In this document: positions 48,300 to 59,448 of the stretch, piece by piece | Layout: every line of letters begins with the position of its first letter | How positions within the stretch are numbered: the stretch's first letter is position 1 | From: Dicyema japonicum | Lineage: Eukaryota > Animalia > Dicyemida | Direction of reading: 5' to 3' | DNA length: 64,000 bases | Assembly: GCA_011109175.1 (NCBI GenBank) | Contig: RDEW01000005.1 | Coordinates: 1,794,657 to 1,858,656 of the forward strand | Made by a program: the position numbers and the translations under genes | The notes under the pieces: model-generated | Seen by the model: the letters and a program-made list of their open reading frames with translations, nothing else | Databases searched by the model: none | Told to the model about the DNA's origin: nothing

Positions 48300-49960
48300 A
48301 TTTTTATTTATCCTTCCACTTGTCTTGCGTGAACTGCTTATTAGCTCTGTATTTCTTCCCTTAAGCCTTTTCCTAGTGTGCTTGTGAAGCAGTAGAAAGG
48401 TAAGATGTCTTAGAGAAATTATCAAAGATACAGTAGGATGTGTATTCATAGATCTCTCAAAAACAGGATCTTTGTTCAACTGGATTAAATTTTTTATATT
48501 TTTTAAAGCTGAGTTTTGTAATTGTAATTTTTTGTAGGAAATTGAGTGCCGTGTTAAAGCCCAGATTTACAATCAGGACCAGTCCTTAGGCATAGTTAGC
48601 CGAATCAAAAACATTGTAGATGTGTTCTCTGTACCCGTGGTCATTGAATTAGTGTTCAGTCATTCATTCAGGCGGTCAAGCATATGTTACAATTTTCGGT
48701 AACTCTCAGCACGCTTTTTTCTATGTTTGCTAGAATGATATCGTCTGTAAGAGAGAGTTAATGAATTCGAGTCGGAATTGATTGATAGATCAAACAAAGA
48801 GGGATTAAACAGTGACAATGACAAGGGGTCCTGCCATGATCCTGTTAAAGTTTATTGAGGTTGTCGACTTTCTAATTAAGATTTCTGGGTATTGAGTCAA
48901 TAGAGCAGATTTTGTGGTATTGCCTTGTGAATGTCAATAGAGCAAATTAAAGTTTTGTGATGGCTAGGCTTAGAGAAAGTGATTAGATCTCGACAACATC
49001 TTGGTTATATAACTGAGTTAGAGGTATAGGGGTACGAAAGTCCAATTTCTTCACGACAGTTGCTATTATTTCATCTGGTCTGTTGGAGTAAGTTTTTTCC
49101 CCTGTTTGATGGCATTTTCAATATCTGTAAGTGAGAAAGTGATTAGGTCGCGAAGTCATCTTGGCTTCAGGCAAAATAAAGGAGGGCCTTGATGCATAAA
49201 ATTTCATGATTTCCTTTTTACTGTCTTCCAGTTCGTTACTCTTTACAGGATTTTTGACATCAAGAAGCCTGCTTCACATTTTAGATTAGGTTTTTCGGTC
49301 ACTCAGAGCGGGAGTGAGGTTTATCTAGTTCTTTTATTTATTTTTCTGATACTGTCTTTGAGCTCATTGTCGAGTTCTCTCGTTAACTTCCTTCGTGTTT
49401 GGACTTTTGAGATGATTTCTTTTATATAAATCTTAGTTTTGCAGTCAAATGATTTAGCAGAGGACTGGGCTGTCCTCTTGTGGATGTATAGTTTGTTGAC
49501 CACTTATGGTTTTGCTGAAATATTTCACTGCATTATCAAGTGATTTGTAACTTTCTGAGTCTAATACTGTGAGGAGGGTGAAGTAACATTCTGTAAGGTG
49601 TTCTCGTATTTGTTCGGTAGTCGGTAATGATAATAGGTTTTCAGTGATGAGAGTATAGACAGATGGAAGGAGTTTTGGCTTTTAAATCAGGTCGGGTGGT
49701 TGAGCTGGTGGTGTTCTCTATTCGTCGAACAAGAGTAATAATTCATCCTCCGCAGCCAGAAGGTCGATTCTCTGATGATGACATAGCCTGTAAATGTCGG
49801 CGTGGAAGAAGAGACAGTTAGCTTCGTCTCTTATAAAGAGGCATCATCAATGATGTTTTCTTTAGGAAATTTATGAGATCAATTACTTTTCATTCCACTC
49901 CGTTGACATTCATTGAATAATGGATAAAGATTATGGTGGTCCCGGTTTTAGTTTGACGTC
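48300..49960 (-). mobile_element. Decayed LINE, APE domain to start of RT
   Basis: Minus strand near 49920-49750: NVNG..K...LINFL, ETKL, GYVIIR..RP.G.GG; downstream heavily frameshifted. Confidence 0.55.
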
Positions 49961-50084
49961 ACAAAAAAGTTTCCACCAGATTGAGTCAATAGCATCAACA
50001 AGAATTTTGCTGTGAAGTTTAGTCCACAGTTGACAACACCAGAAACAGTAAACCACATGACGAGAGCTAAATTACAATTATTGC

Positions 50085-50300
50085 TGTTATTAACCCCAGG
50101 CTTACCATTGTAAGCCTAGCACAAGCAGTCATAACTAACTAATCCAAGGAAGGAACCAAAGGGAGAACATCTGCTTGTGCCGTAGGTCCGCCCTCTTCCA
50201 TTTTGTCCCACGTCCTACCGTCGCGGACATCATTTCATTCTTTAGCGGAATAGTTTTCATAATGCAATCTTCATCAGAGGGTTTGGTCAGGGTTTGGTAA
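50085..50300 (-). repeat. ~220-bp SINE-like repeat (partner of 25690-25945)
   Basis: Direct visual alignment; same cctggggttaataa 3' end. Confidence 0.75.
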
Positions 50301-50452
50301 ATTACAATTAATAAATTATTGTGAGTAAATAATGACAAATAATAATTTATTAATTATTTATATTAATTATTTATTTATTTGATTAAATTAATAAACTATT
50401 TAAAAAATAAAGTATTCTTATTTTGTGGTCATTATTTAATTTTCGACTATTT

Positions 50453-50914
50453 ATGTTGCAATTAACTACTTTTGATGTGTTCCAAGCAATTTGTTCTACA
50501 AATCCTAACACCAGTCAACTCAAACCCCTTATAATAAAGATTGAGGAAATGATAAAAGAACGTTTACCTTATCTTTCCCTTGTAAACCGTGGAGTGGACT
50601 CTCTGGCTGTTCCATTCCATAAAAAATTGGAAATGATACTCGAAAATGTTAATTCTGAGCATTTAAATTCAGTCAATGGTTGTCTGCTTATGCTTATGGT
50701 ATTCAGTCGGTCACTGGCAAATGCTAATCCTAATAATGTTGATGATATCGTGAGTGTGTTTGTATCTCATTTTAATTGCAATGAGGAATATGTTAATAAT
50801 GTTGAGTCGAAGGGGGGTTGGCTTAGATTTTTAAAAGGTGCAGGACTTTTTATTGAAAATGAATCAACGCTCTTATATTATGTGAGATGGCTAGGGTCTG
50901 TATTTAGAATTTAA
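50453..50914 (+). CDS. Intronless 153-aa protein with a Bcl-2-like motif pattern
   Basis: Uninterrupted ORF flanked by AT-rich spacers like those of the real genes; BH2-like 'NVESKGGWLRF', BH1-position hydrophobic helix 'NGCLLMLMVFSRSLA', BH3-position 'LIIKIEEMIKERL'. The NWGR motif is not conserved. Confidence 0.5.
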   Translation: MLQLTTFDVFQAICSTNPNTSQLKPLIIKIEEMIKERLPYLSLVNRGVDSLAVPFHKKLEMILENVNSEHLNSVNGCLLMLMVFSRSLANANPNNVDDIVSVFVSHFNCNEEYVNNVESKGGWLRFLKGAGLFIENESTLLYYVRWLGSVFRI

Positions 50915-51099
50915 TTTATTTTAATAAATTTTTATTTTGTTTGTTATTTTGTTAAGGATTTTATTAAATTGGCTATTTTAAGTAATTGTCTTGTGACGTC
51001 ATAATTTGCGGTTTTGCCGTAACAGCGGTATTATCGATTATTCTTTAATGTTCTTGACTTATTTTTTCGGACGTGTAATTTCTTATCACAAATAAATAA

Positions 51100-52413
51100 A
51101 TAATTAACACATCCAAACTGATTCACAAATTCGAAATATTAGGGCATCTCTCAACACAAGCCTCCAGGATATTGTCCCTCCTTAGACTATTGACGGCGTT
51201 CTTGATGTCCAGTTTGACCAGGACATGCCCCGGGAATCTTCTATCCTGCTGTTTATGAATGTCCTCACTGAATGACAGCGGCCTCGCATCCCAAGCGAAT
51301 ATTGACACCTACTCGAGGGGAAATCAAGAATTATGTGACGAGTCGAATAAAATGTCTGGAGGTAATTTTAGCAGCCAGTCTTCTGAAGACAAACCGACCG
51401 CAACTGGTCGTACTCCGCCGCCTTTCTTATACAAGGCTATCAAATTGGCGGAGAACAGGACATGGCGGATACGAAGATCTGGTCTCCTATGGACAAAGAG
51501 GTAGATCTTCAGGTAGCCAGGTCTCATTCCGTCGAGCCCGGCACTGCTACTAGGGGCAAAATTCTGTATTGCGAGAGAACTTCATCGTTTGATGTAATCA
51601 TGGGACTTACTCCGGATGGAGGGCGACTGGGCGTAGGTTTTTGGGGTTGCAGTGGATGCTTGTTCAGTAAAATATTGTAGGCGTCTGGAGTCGGTTTTCG
51701 TGTCCACTTGAGGAAAGTGCCCTGATGGCTGCGCGGGTACCACCTTCGATTAACTTCGACCGAACTGTCTCTCTTGAGACGGAGCACTTCGACTTCCTCG
51801 TTATGACCACGTGTCTCTCTTGTACAATTAGAAGCCATGGGACAACTGGGGATGTGAATACCTCCCAAAAAAGAACGAATATTGGTCCTCATGGTGGTAG
51901 CAAGAGACTCCTTTCCGTGACCATCTCGATCAAGTCCCAATGTGGAAGGCGCAAAACTGAATAAGCGCATCCAATAATGTACTGCGTTAGTCCGAAGAGC
52001 ATCTTCGATCGTTTTGGAAAGGGCCTCCGCAGCGACAGGTCGTACGACCTTGAGAATCTCACAGGGATTGTCCGTGAAGAACGTAATTCAGAGATGAGGG
52101 GTAAACGTTTCAGGTTGGTGGGCAATTAACGAGAGAGTTAACATTGTGCGGGCACGAGAACCTCCCTACATAGGCCGAGGCATGACTGGCAGTGCCATAC
52201 TCCAAGCATCGCTGCGGCTTGGGATAGCTTGATACACCCGAGGTGGAAAAAATCTTCACAAAGAGAGCAGGAGATCCCACGCTTCCGAGTTTTGACAAGC
52301 CGACAGAACGAACAAATCTCAGTTGACTTGGCTGGCACCTTTTTCATCGACGTGGGAACGTTCTTTTCATGTGTTTTCTCACTACAGGAATAATCATAAC
52401 AACGACCGTCCAC
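51100..52413 (-). mobile_element. CRE-like retroelement 5' half with N-terminal PHD finger
   Basis: C4HC3 pattern CSFC..ISCSLCEDFFHLGC...WHCQSC; then ANLIALYKKGGGVRPVAVG and VKLDIKNAVNSLRRD. Confidence 0.8.
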
Positions 52414-52419
52414 AACAAC

Positions 52420-52800
52420 ACGTATTTAATATTAATTTATTCAAAGTAAACATTAGCCCAGGGTCATCTGTAGCCGCCTTGACTGCGTGGCTATTCCATC
52501 TCAGGATTGTAAGCGAGATTCGCTTAAATAGGCAGCAGCGCTCATAGGGATTTCGTGTTCGTGTAGAAATCCGCTTCGAAGCCACATGTTTACTGAATGT
52601 CATGAGAGGGCTGTACGTGATACCTTGATAAATGCTCGCAGATCCTTCTGCTTTCTAAAGGATCGACTTCGTAGAGTTCTCAACATTGACTTTAGCCCTA
52701 TCGGCCTTGCTTGTAATAACTGATGTTATAGAACTTCCAGCATTCGCCTTGTCCTCAAATTTACATGCAATAGCAGCTGCAGGATGCTTCTTCGCTACAA
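52420..52800 (-). mobile_element. CRE-like retroelement 3' end
   Basis: 'RNPYERCCLFKRISLTILRWNSHAV' parallels the ends at ~11030 and ~27860. Confidence 0.7.
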
Positions 52801-52929
52801 CTCTTCGTTTTTTTACTTTTTTCTTTCAATTTTTTCCTCTTTAATATTTTTCACACGAGCCATTCAAATCGTTTCGAAATATCAAATAAAATCCACACGT
52901 GGCGTCATAAGTTCACCAGACTATACACT

Positions 52930-53100
52930 GATTATTCTTCCTCAATGAGGTCTTGGAGATACGCTCCCTTCTAGCTCATTTGAAGGTTAACACTGCCCTT
53001 ATTCAAGACTCGAAGCTCTCTAGAACATCCCTCACCCTTTTTCTGCAGGCTATTGAGTACTTTGAAAAAAACTGGACAAGAAGTCTCGGATTATTGTCTC
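52930..53100 (+). mobile_element. LINE APE N-terminal remnant
   Basis: 'EIRSLLAHLKVNTALIQDSKL' resembles the APE 'IQETKL' motif. Confidence 0.4.
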
Positions 53101-53239
53101 CTTTCAGAGCGGCGACAGGGCTTTATTTCATTTTCTTGTAAATGGAGATAATATAGGTCGATTTTATTCATAAAAGATTTTATTATTATTTTAGAATCTA
53201 TTATTTTTAAATGATCTCCTTGTAACATCAAAGATACCT

Positions 53240-53544
53240 CGTGGCGTAATGTGGTGATTAGTGGCTAATTGGCTGAAGCTTCTGTTTGTTCGTCTGTTCC
53301 CCTTCTCTCTTCCTATTAAAGTGGCGTCATGTGATCCACCTGTCTAGTGGCGCCCAGTGCCAAGCCGGCACGAAAAATGATCATTTGCTCTCCCCCACTC
53401 CACTGGAGAGGTTTCCACAAATGCAAGTATGGACGTCTTTTACCCTTTATGTTGATTTCGGATGGACTCTGTTTCTGTAGAAGTGAAACACTCTACACTT
53501 AATTACTTAACTTCTTTCTCGGTGTATCCGGGGTTAATAAATAA
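53240..53544 (+). mobile_element. Complete structured SINE-like element with 13-bp TSD
   Basis: atcaaagatacct at 53227-53239 and 53545-53557; A-box-like tggcgtaatg and tggctaattgg; 3' ccggggttaataaataa; second copy at 28497-28800. Confidence 0.9.
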
Positions 53545-53789
53545 ATCAAAGATACCTTAAAGTAGTCTTAATCTCTACTAACCTCATTAAGTTTTGAAAA
53601 AACCAACTCAACATTTATTCCCATTTTGTCGATTCTTAGACGGATGGAATCATTGGTGAGTTGAATTTTTTTATGATTTCCGATGATTCGAGACCACAAC
53701 ATCCGATAATATCAATTTCAGTGATGATTATCACGACTATCAAATCGTATAAGAACAGTCTGTCTTCCAGACCAATTCAGATATTTTAT

Positions 53790-54200
53790 AGGCTTACAAT
53801 TTTTCTAAAAAATTATTGAAAGGACATTCGGTTCAGTCAGTATTGACGAATCAAAATGTCGAAATCAGAGTTGACACGTCGATTATGACAGAAACAAAAT
53901 TCCAATTTAATAAGCCTGATATTTTTGTTTACGACAAAATAAAGAAGAAAGTAACCTTAATCAAAGTGGGCATTACCTCACAAGACCGACTAAAGCAAGT
54001 TGAAGTGAGAAACTTCACAAATTTGACTTGCATGCAAACGAACTTTCGCTGCTCTATAAATGCCAAGTGAAGATTATTCCAGTGATTTTGACATGGGATG
54101 GAGTTGTCTCAAGATGTTTCAAGAATCATATGGATAAATGAATGTCCCGGATTCCTTGTTTGTTTGTCCAAGACAGATTGATTTCCCATGACGTACAGGC
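53790..54200 (+). mobile_element. R4/Dong-like RLE fragment
   Basis: HSVQSVL.NQNVEIRVDT...NKPDIFVYDK..VTLIKVGITSQDRLKQVEV, then LTWDGVVS. Confidence 0.85.
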
Positions 54201-54229
54201 ATAGCTGAAAGATGGCTTAATGAATTGTT

Positions 54230-54800
54230 TTTTACAACAATTTCAAATCTGGGAATAAAATTTTAATGCCACCGAAAATAGTTTTGATTATCCCTAGCTC
54301 TCTTGAGCAGCTTCCAGAGACAGCGTCGACGTGAGATGAAAAGGACATGTGTGTGTCGAAGGTGATCCCAAGATTTTCAGTTTCTTCGTGAAAGGTATTT
54401 TTGTCTGGTTGATATTCCACTGTCATTTGTCCAAGTCGTTTGTCTGAGGTAAATAAGGACGAAGATGATTTTTCAGTAGATATATCAAGCCGGTTATAAT
54501 TTAGCCAATTTGAATCTTGTGAAGGGTATTCTTATAGTCTTTCTGATGCCTTTAGGAGATCTTGATTGCGGGATCCAACTAGTAGGTCATCAGCATATGA
54601 TAGGATAAAATCGTCTTTATTATCGGGTTGCGGTAAATCGGACATGTATAAATTAAATAAGGCGGGTGATAAAGGGGAACCTTGTGGGACACCATTGGGT
54701 AGTAATCTTGAAATTTATTTGGTCCCATTCATGTATACCCGGGCCCTTCTTCCATTTATGAAGTTAGCAAGCCAAAGTTTTATATTGGGGTTGACGAGGA
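54230..54800 (-). mobile_element. APE-RT LINE RT fragment
   Basis: GVPQGSPLSPALFNLYMSDLP..LSYADDL, WLNYNRL, NLGITFD. Confidence 0.85.
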
Positions 54801-55290
54801 GAACAAACAATTGACTTGTTATAAACAAATATAAATTTGTTTTTTTAGTAATTTTTATTATAAAATTATTTTTTCCATATTATTTAGCTTTTTAAGAAGA
54901 TTTTCATTTTTGGGGAATTTTTGTCCTATTTCAGGGTCGAACTTCACTACATTACGTCTTCTCGTGTAATGACTGTCCCTGATATTTTTTATACGGCAAA
55001 ATGAAGAATGAGGTTGTGATCATTACTGGAATCATATCTACGATTTACTCGATAGAGAAACTTTAGAGTTGACTATAATACTTATATCCCCACATGTGCA
55101 GCCAAAAAAACAATCCACCTTTTTGATTGCTAGCCGGTGATTTCTAAAAATCCAGAATGTACCATCTCACATTGTGGGGCTTCTGTTTAGGTGATAACCT
55201 CTAACAATCCAGTTCGAATCGTTCACAGCCTGCTAGTTTATGTGGAAAACTTCATCTCATTCACTACTAATTTATCTGATCCATATTTAG

Positions 55291-55620
55291 TCAGCCAATT
55301 GATCGGGAAATTGAACTGGCGAGGTTGTTCTGGTGCACTATGTCATAACCCAGTACATTAAAGGTGAATACCTCTCGTGTAACATCAGATACGCCGGAAA
55401 TATCGAATACATCAATGTGTCGGTTAGAATTCAGCCAAAATTGTAGAAATTTGTACAAGTCTGTCTTTTCGAGGAACAAGCAAAGCCCCACCCACTCGTC
55501 TACAGTGTGGACATCATCCATCTCTGTGTAAAAAGACCTTTCTACTGTCCCTGGATCTTCAAGACATTTCATAAATGTAAATCCCAAACTAATGAAACAG
55601 ACAAAACCTGATAAAAAAGA
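55291..55620 (-). CDS. Unidentified ORF, possibly an exon of a membrane protein
   Basis: ~100-codon open frame with an upstream hydrophobic stretch; no family recognised with confidence. Confidence 0.2.
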   Translation of the reverse strand, partial: SFLSGFVCFISLGFTFMKCLEDPGTVERSFYTEMDDVHTVDEWVGLCLFLEKTDLYKFLQFWLNSNRHIDVFDISGVSDVTREVFTFNVLGYDIVHQNNLASSISRSIG

Positions 55621-55979
55621 GCAACGAAAATAAAACTAGGATAACTAACAATAATATCAAATCATCACAAAACTGAACCTCATTTACCAATATAAAATAC
55701 AGCACCTTCAACAACAACAATTAACTATAGAGTTAAGAGTTTTCTGGAGGGTATTAAATCTCACTCCTACCTTAAGGCTTGGACTCCATATCTGAAACCT
55801 TCCTCCTTTTTTAATTTTCTCAAAACGTTTCTCCCAGTTTTACAGCACCTTCTTGAGATCAATAATACTTATAGTTTCACATGAACAGGACAAACACCAA
55901 TAAACAGGCAAATCAAACCAAACGAATATCTTACAGATTTTCTTAGAAAAAATTAATTACTTGTCACTGTAAACTGAAA

Positions 55980-56660
55980 TTGTGGAAATCGTACGCATGG
56001 GATCAAGATTGGAAGAGGGATGGAGACGTTCCAGAAAGCTCGGCTCCCTCCTCGGGGACAGTGAGGACATAACCCTGAGAAAATTACTATCGACGGTCGC
56101 AGTGTACAGGATGAAGACGGATTGGTTGACTAACAGACCGGTAACGATCGCGCTTCGTTTGTGTCTCTATAATGCTTTCGTGAAGCCGATCCTGTTATAT
56201 AACTCTTCTTGCTGGGGGACCTCGGTCTCAGAAACCAAAAATCTTAAGTCCTTACACCGAAGGCAATTACGAATACTGCGTGAGGTACAATGGCCGACAC
56301 GGATCAACAATGAAGCACTTTACCGAAAGTGCTCAATGCGACCTGTGACTAGGGATGTGGTGGAGGACCGATGGAGACTGTTTGGACACGTCTTATGGAT
56401 GGACTCCACATCACCTAAAAATTTGGCAGTGGAGGAATATTTTGCTGCAAATGAAAAAAAACTTCGGGGGCGCCCGCGTACTACGCCACCGGGGGTGCTG
56501 GATGAGGATCTCAAGGCAATCAACCGGAGGCTCGTAAGTGGGGAGAATCTGGATGCTAGAGAAGTTTGGCGTGTAACAGGGGAGTATGGACGAGATTGAT
56601 CCGAAAAATCGCTTTAAGTGCGGCACGTGTGGAAATATAACAATTATGTTTCTACGATGG
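55980..56660 (+). mobile_element. RTE-clade LINE 3' portion
   Basis: ORF 55982..56599: RKLGSLLG, LYNAFVKPILLYN, LHRRQLR, RWRLFGHVL, GRPRTT. Confidence 0.88.
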
Positions 56661-57202
56661 TTGCCTATAATAATAATTATCACAATAAAATAAAAGCAGT
56701 CGCTTGTAATTAAGGATCACTTATGTAGACGATATCTCTTGTCCTCTATCTTTGGTTCCGGGGTTAATAAATAAAATTAAATCTAATTAAAAGCACTTCC
56801 GCGTTTCTTATAACCTTAGGGTTCGCCTATGCCTTACTCTAATAATTATGCAACAGTTGTGGTAGAGATGGAAGATAAACTTCACATGACACAAGTATAT
56901 ATAAGCTTTCAAATCAAAGGGATTAAATCTGGCTACATCCAATATCAACAATAATTTTTTTCCATCTATAGCAAAGTTGCAGTGTATTGCGAGTTATCAG
57001 ACTAACGGTCCATGTGGCAGGTGCGGAATCCAAAAGTGGTGCAAGATCGAAAATATTATATGGTGGGTCTGAAATACATTTCAAATGTCGGCTTCACAAA
57101 TTTTTTTTTAAAAAGAAAAAATCAAAAAAATAAAAATTTTAACTTTGATAAAAAAAATTAATTTTTATATAAATTTTTTGGTATTTCAAACAATTCTAAA
57201 TA

Positions 57203-59049
57203 CAGTACGACCCCATCCCAATAAAAGGCACCCTCTGTTTTGGCGGCGATTTTTTTAATAAATATTATTTTGAATGATTTTTACATTTTTTTACATTTTT
57301 TGACCAATAGGAAGCCTAAATTTAAAATACAAAACTCCGCTTATTGGGACACTTTATCAATCGATAATATTAAAATTTATTATTTCATTTTTATCTTAAT
57401 TTAATTAATTCTAAAATATTTTTAAGCATGCCTGCGAAGCTCATTCGCCACCTGAAACAGAAAATTTCCGATTCTTTAGTGAAAGAAAATATGTCAGAAA
57501 GAAAAATTTGTCAATTATAAAATATTGGAAAAGGAACTGTCTCACGAATTAAAAAAGAAATCGGAAAAAGGGTTTCAAAAACACAAATATGCTCTGATGA
57601 ACTCTCGAATCAGATTTTTCTATTCGAATTGATCGATTAGTATTCGAAGTCTTTAAAAATTTGAGAGAGGATGGTATTTCAGTTTCAGGATTTCTCCTCA
57701 AAGCAATTGCAAAAAATTGCAGCTAATCTTGACTTCAATGATTTCAAAGCATTAAATGGATGGTTGGATCGATTTAAAAAACGCCATGAATTATTGTTCA
57801 AAGTAATTTCGGATGAAAAGAACTCGTGACAGAAATAAAGTCGAAGATTTTTTTAACGATTACGACAATTTATTTGATAAATACAAGAAAAAAGATATTT
57901 CTAACTGCGACAAAACCTCTCTTTTTATTAAAAAATTCACGTAAATCACTTGTCTCTTCAAATGATGAATGTTGTGGTAAAATGAAAAGCAAAGAACGAG
58001 TTTCAGTTTTTTTATGCTGCAGTCTTAAAGGTGAGAAATCAAAGCCTCTTGGTATCGGGAAATTTAAATCGCCAAGATGCTTAAAAAATATCAAACTGAG
58101 GATTATGGGGTATTAAAATGATGTGTCTTGACAATGTCAAGGAATGCTATTCGACCCTATTGAAGATTAATGAGGCAAATAATTCCTTTTGTAGGAGAGC
58201 TTGGAGTCGAGCAACAACAACAACGATTGTCAATTGTTGGATGAAAATAAACAAACAGAGAACATGTTCGTGAAATTAATTCAAAAAAGCATCTGAATTA
58301 ATTGATGGAACTTGAAATAAACGGAATTGAATATAATGGACTTTGTATAATGGAAATGATGACATTGAAGGGTTATGTTCAAAAGATTCAATAAGAATAA
58401 TGGATAATCTCGAAACTTATTTAGTGAGGTGGCAAAGAACACTATGAATTCAGAATAAAAATTTCAAAGATTCTAAGAAATAAGTATAATACTGAGTTCA
58501 AAATAACTGATTATTTCTCATAAAATAAATCCTCTTTTTTTATCGAAACAACATATTTTGTTATTAAAAAATACAAATAATAGTTTTAAAATGTAAGAAT
58601 TATTACCTTCTATATTTGGGGCACTCGTATTCCTTACCGACTTCTCCGTTCACTCTGGGATCTTTCAATTGCAGAGGACTTGATCAACCTTACAAGAAAC
58701 ACCAACTAGTATGCGATCTAACTAAATATAACGTCTCTGTCTGCTGTCTACAAGAGACAAAAACGACAGTACAATTCCACCTTTTTATCCTCCCGTCGGC
58801 CTGCCGACATTATGGTCTCGGATTTGCAGTCCATCAGGATTTGATTCACTACGCTACAAGGATGTGGACAGCATCTGATATATAATGGAAATGGCGGACG
58901 ACCGGACTACCTAGGAGAACTAGTGCGCAACAGAGGATCATGGTCGAAGCTAACGGCATAAGGGAAACTTAACTAATTTTATTTTTCTCGGGAGTGCTTT
59001 TTAATTTAATAATAATTTGGGGCACTTTTCTATTGGACTTTTCGTACTG
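57203..59049 (+). mobile_element. Tigger/pogo (CENP-B-like) DNA transposon, internally deleted
   Basis: Imperfect TIR ta|cagtacga...ccaata / tattgga...tcgtactg|ta; HTH 'FKA.NGWLDRFKKRH', IF(N)CD, KSKERVSVFLCC..GEK.KPL.IGK..SPRC. Confidence 0.85.
58626..59014 (+). mobile_element. Bipartite RTE derivative (APE start joined to extreme 3' end) nested in Tigger
   Basis: SFNCRGL..CCLQETK..YGLGFAV, then YLGELVRNRGSWSKL; 12-bp direct repeat atttggggcact at 58614-58625 and 59015-59026. Confidence 0.7.
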
Positions 59050-59109
59050 TAGTACGGTTAATTGGTCGCAACGTTAAAGTAGTGCCAAACCTATATCGTT
59101 TAAAATGTC

Positions 59110-59310
59110 TTATCTTCCTTTTCTTGAACATTGACGACGTGATGGACTCACGAGACGTATGAAACCCAAAGTTCTGAAAAAAATGAAGAATGGATGCAAG
59201 TAGGATCCGCGTTTGAATCAGCCAAAATTGAAAAACTTGGAGGATCACCTATCAGAAGCTGCATGCACATAGGTTGTTAGTGTGATACTATGTATGTCGC
59301 TAATAATAAA
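59110..59310. repeat. ~200-bp dispersed repeat (copy 2 of 12690-12890)
   Basis: Direct visual alignment. Confidence 0.75.
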
Positions 59311-59448
59311 TAGCATATAGAAGACCCAACCTCTTTTCCCACCGTGAAACTTTGCTTATTAGTGGCAGTGGCCGAGGCTAGCTATCATTCAGACTTATTT
59401 ATTTAAAAATATGAGGAACAAATAAAATAAACCCAATAGTAATAATAA

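Noticed and set aside
50185-50240. H-type pseudoknot (gtccgc/gcggac with gtag/ctac) in the 250-bp repeat
   Set aside because: The pairings are broken in the partner copy at ~25760-25800.
55291-55620. DHHC palmitoyltransferase (C..DPG.V motif)
   Set aside because: No cysteine-rich DHHC domain follows in any frame I could assemble.
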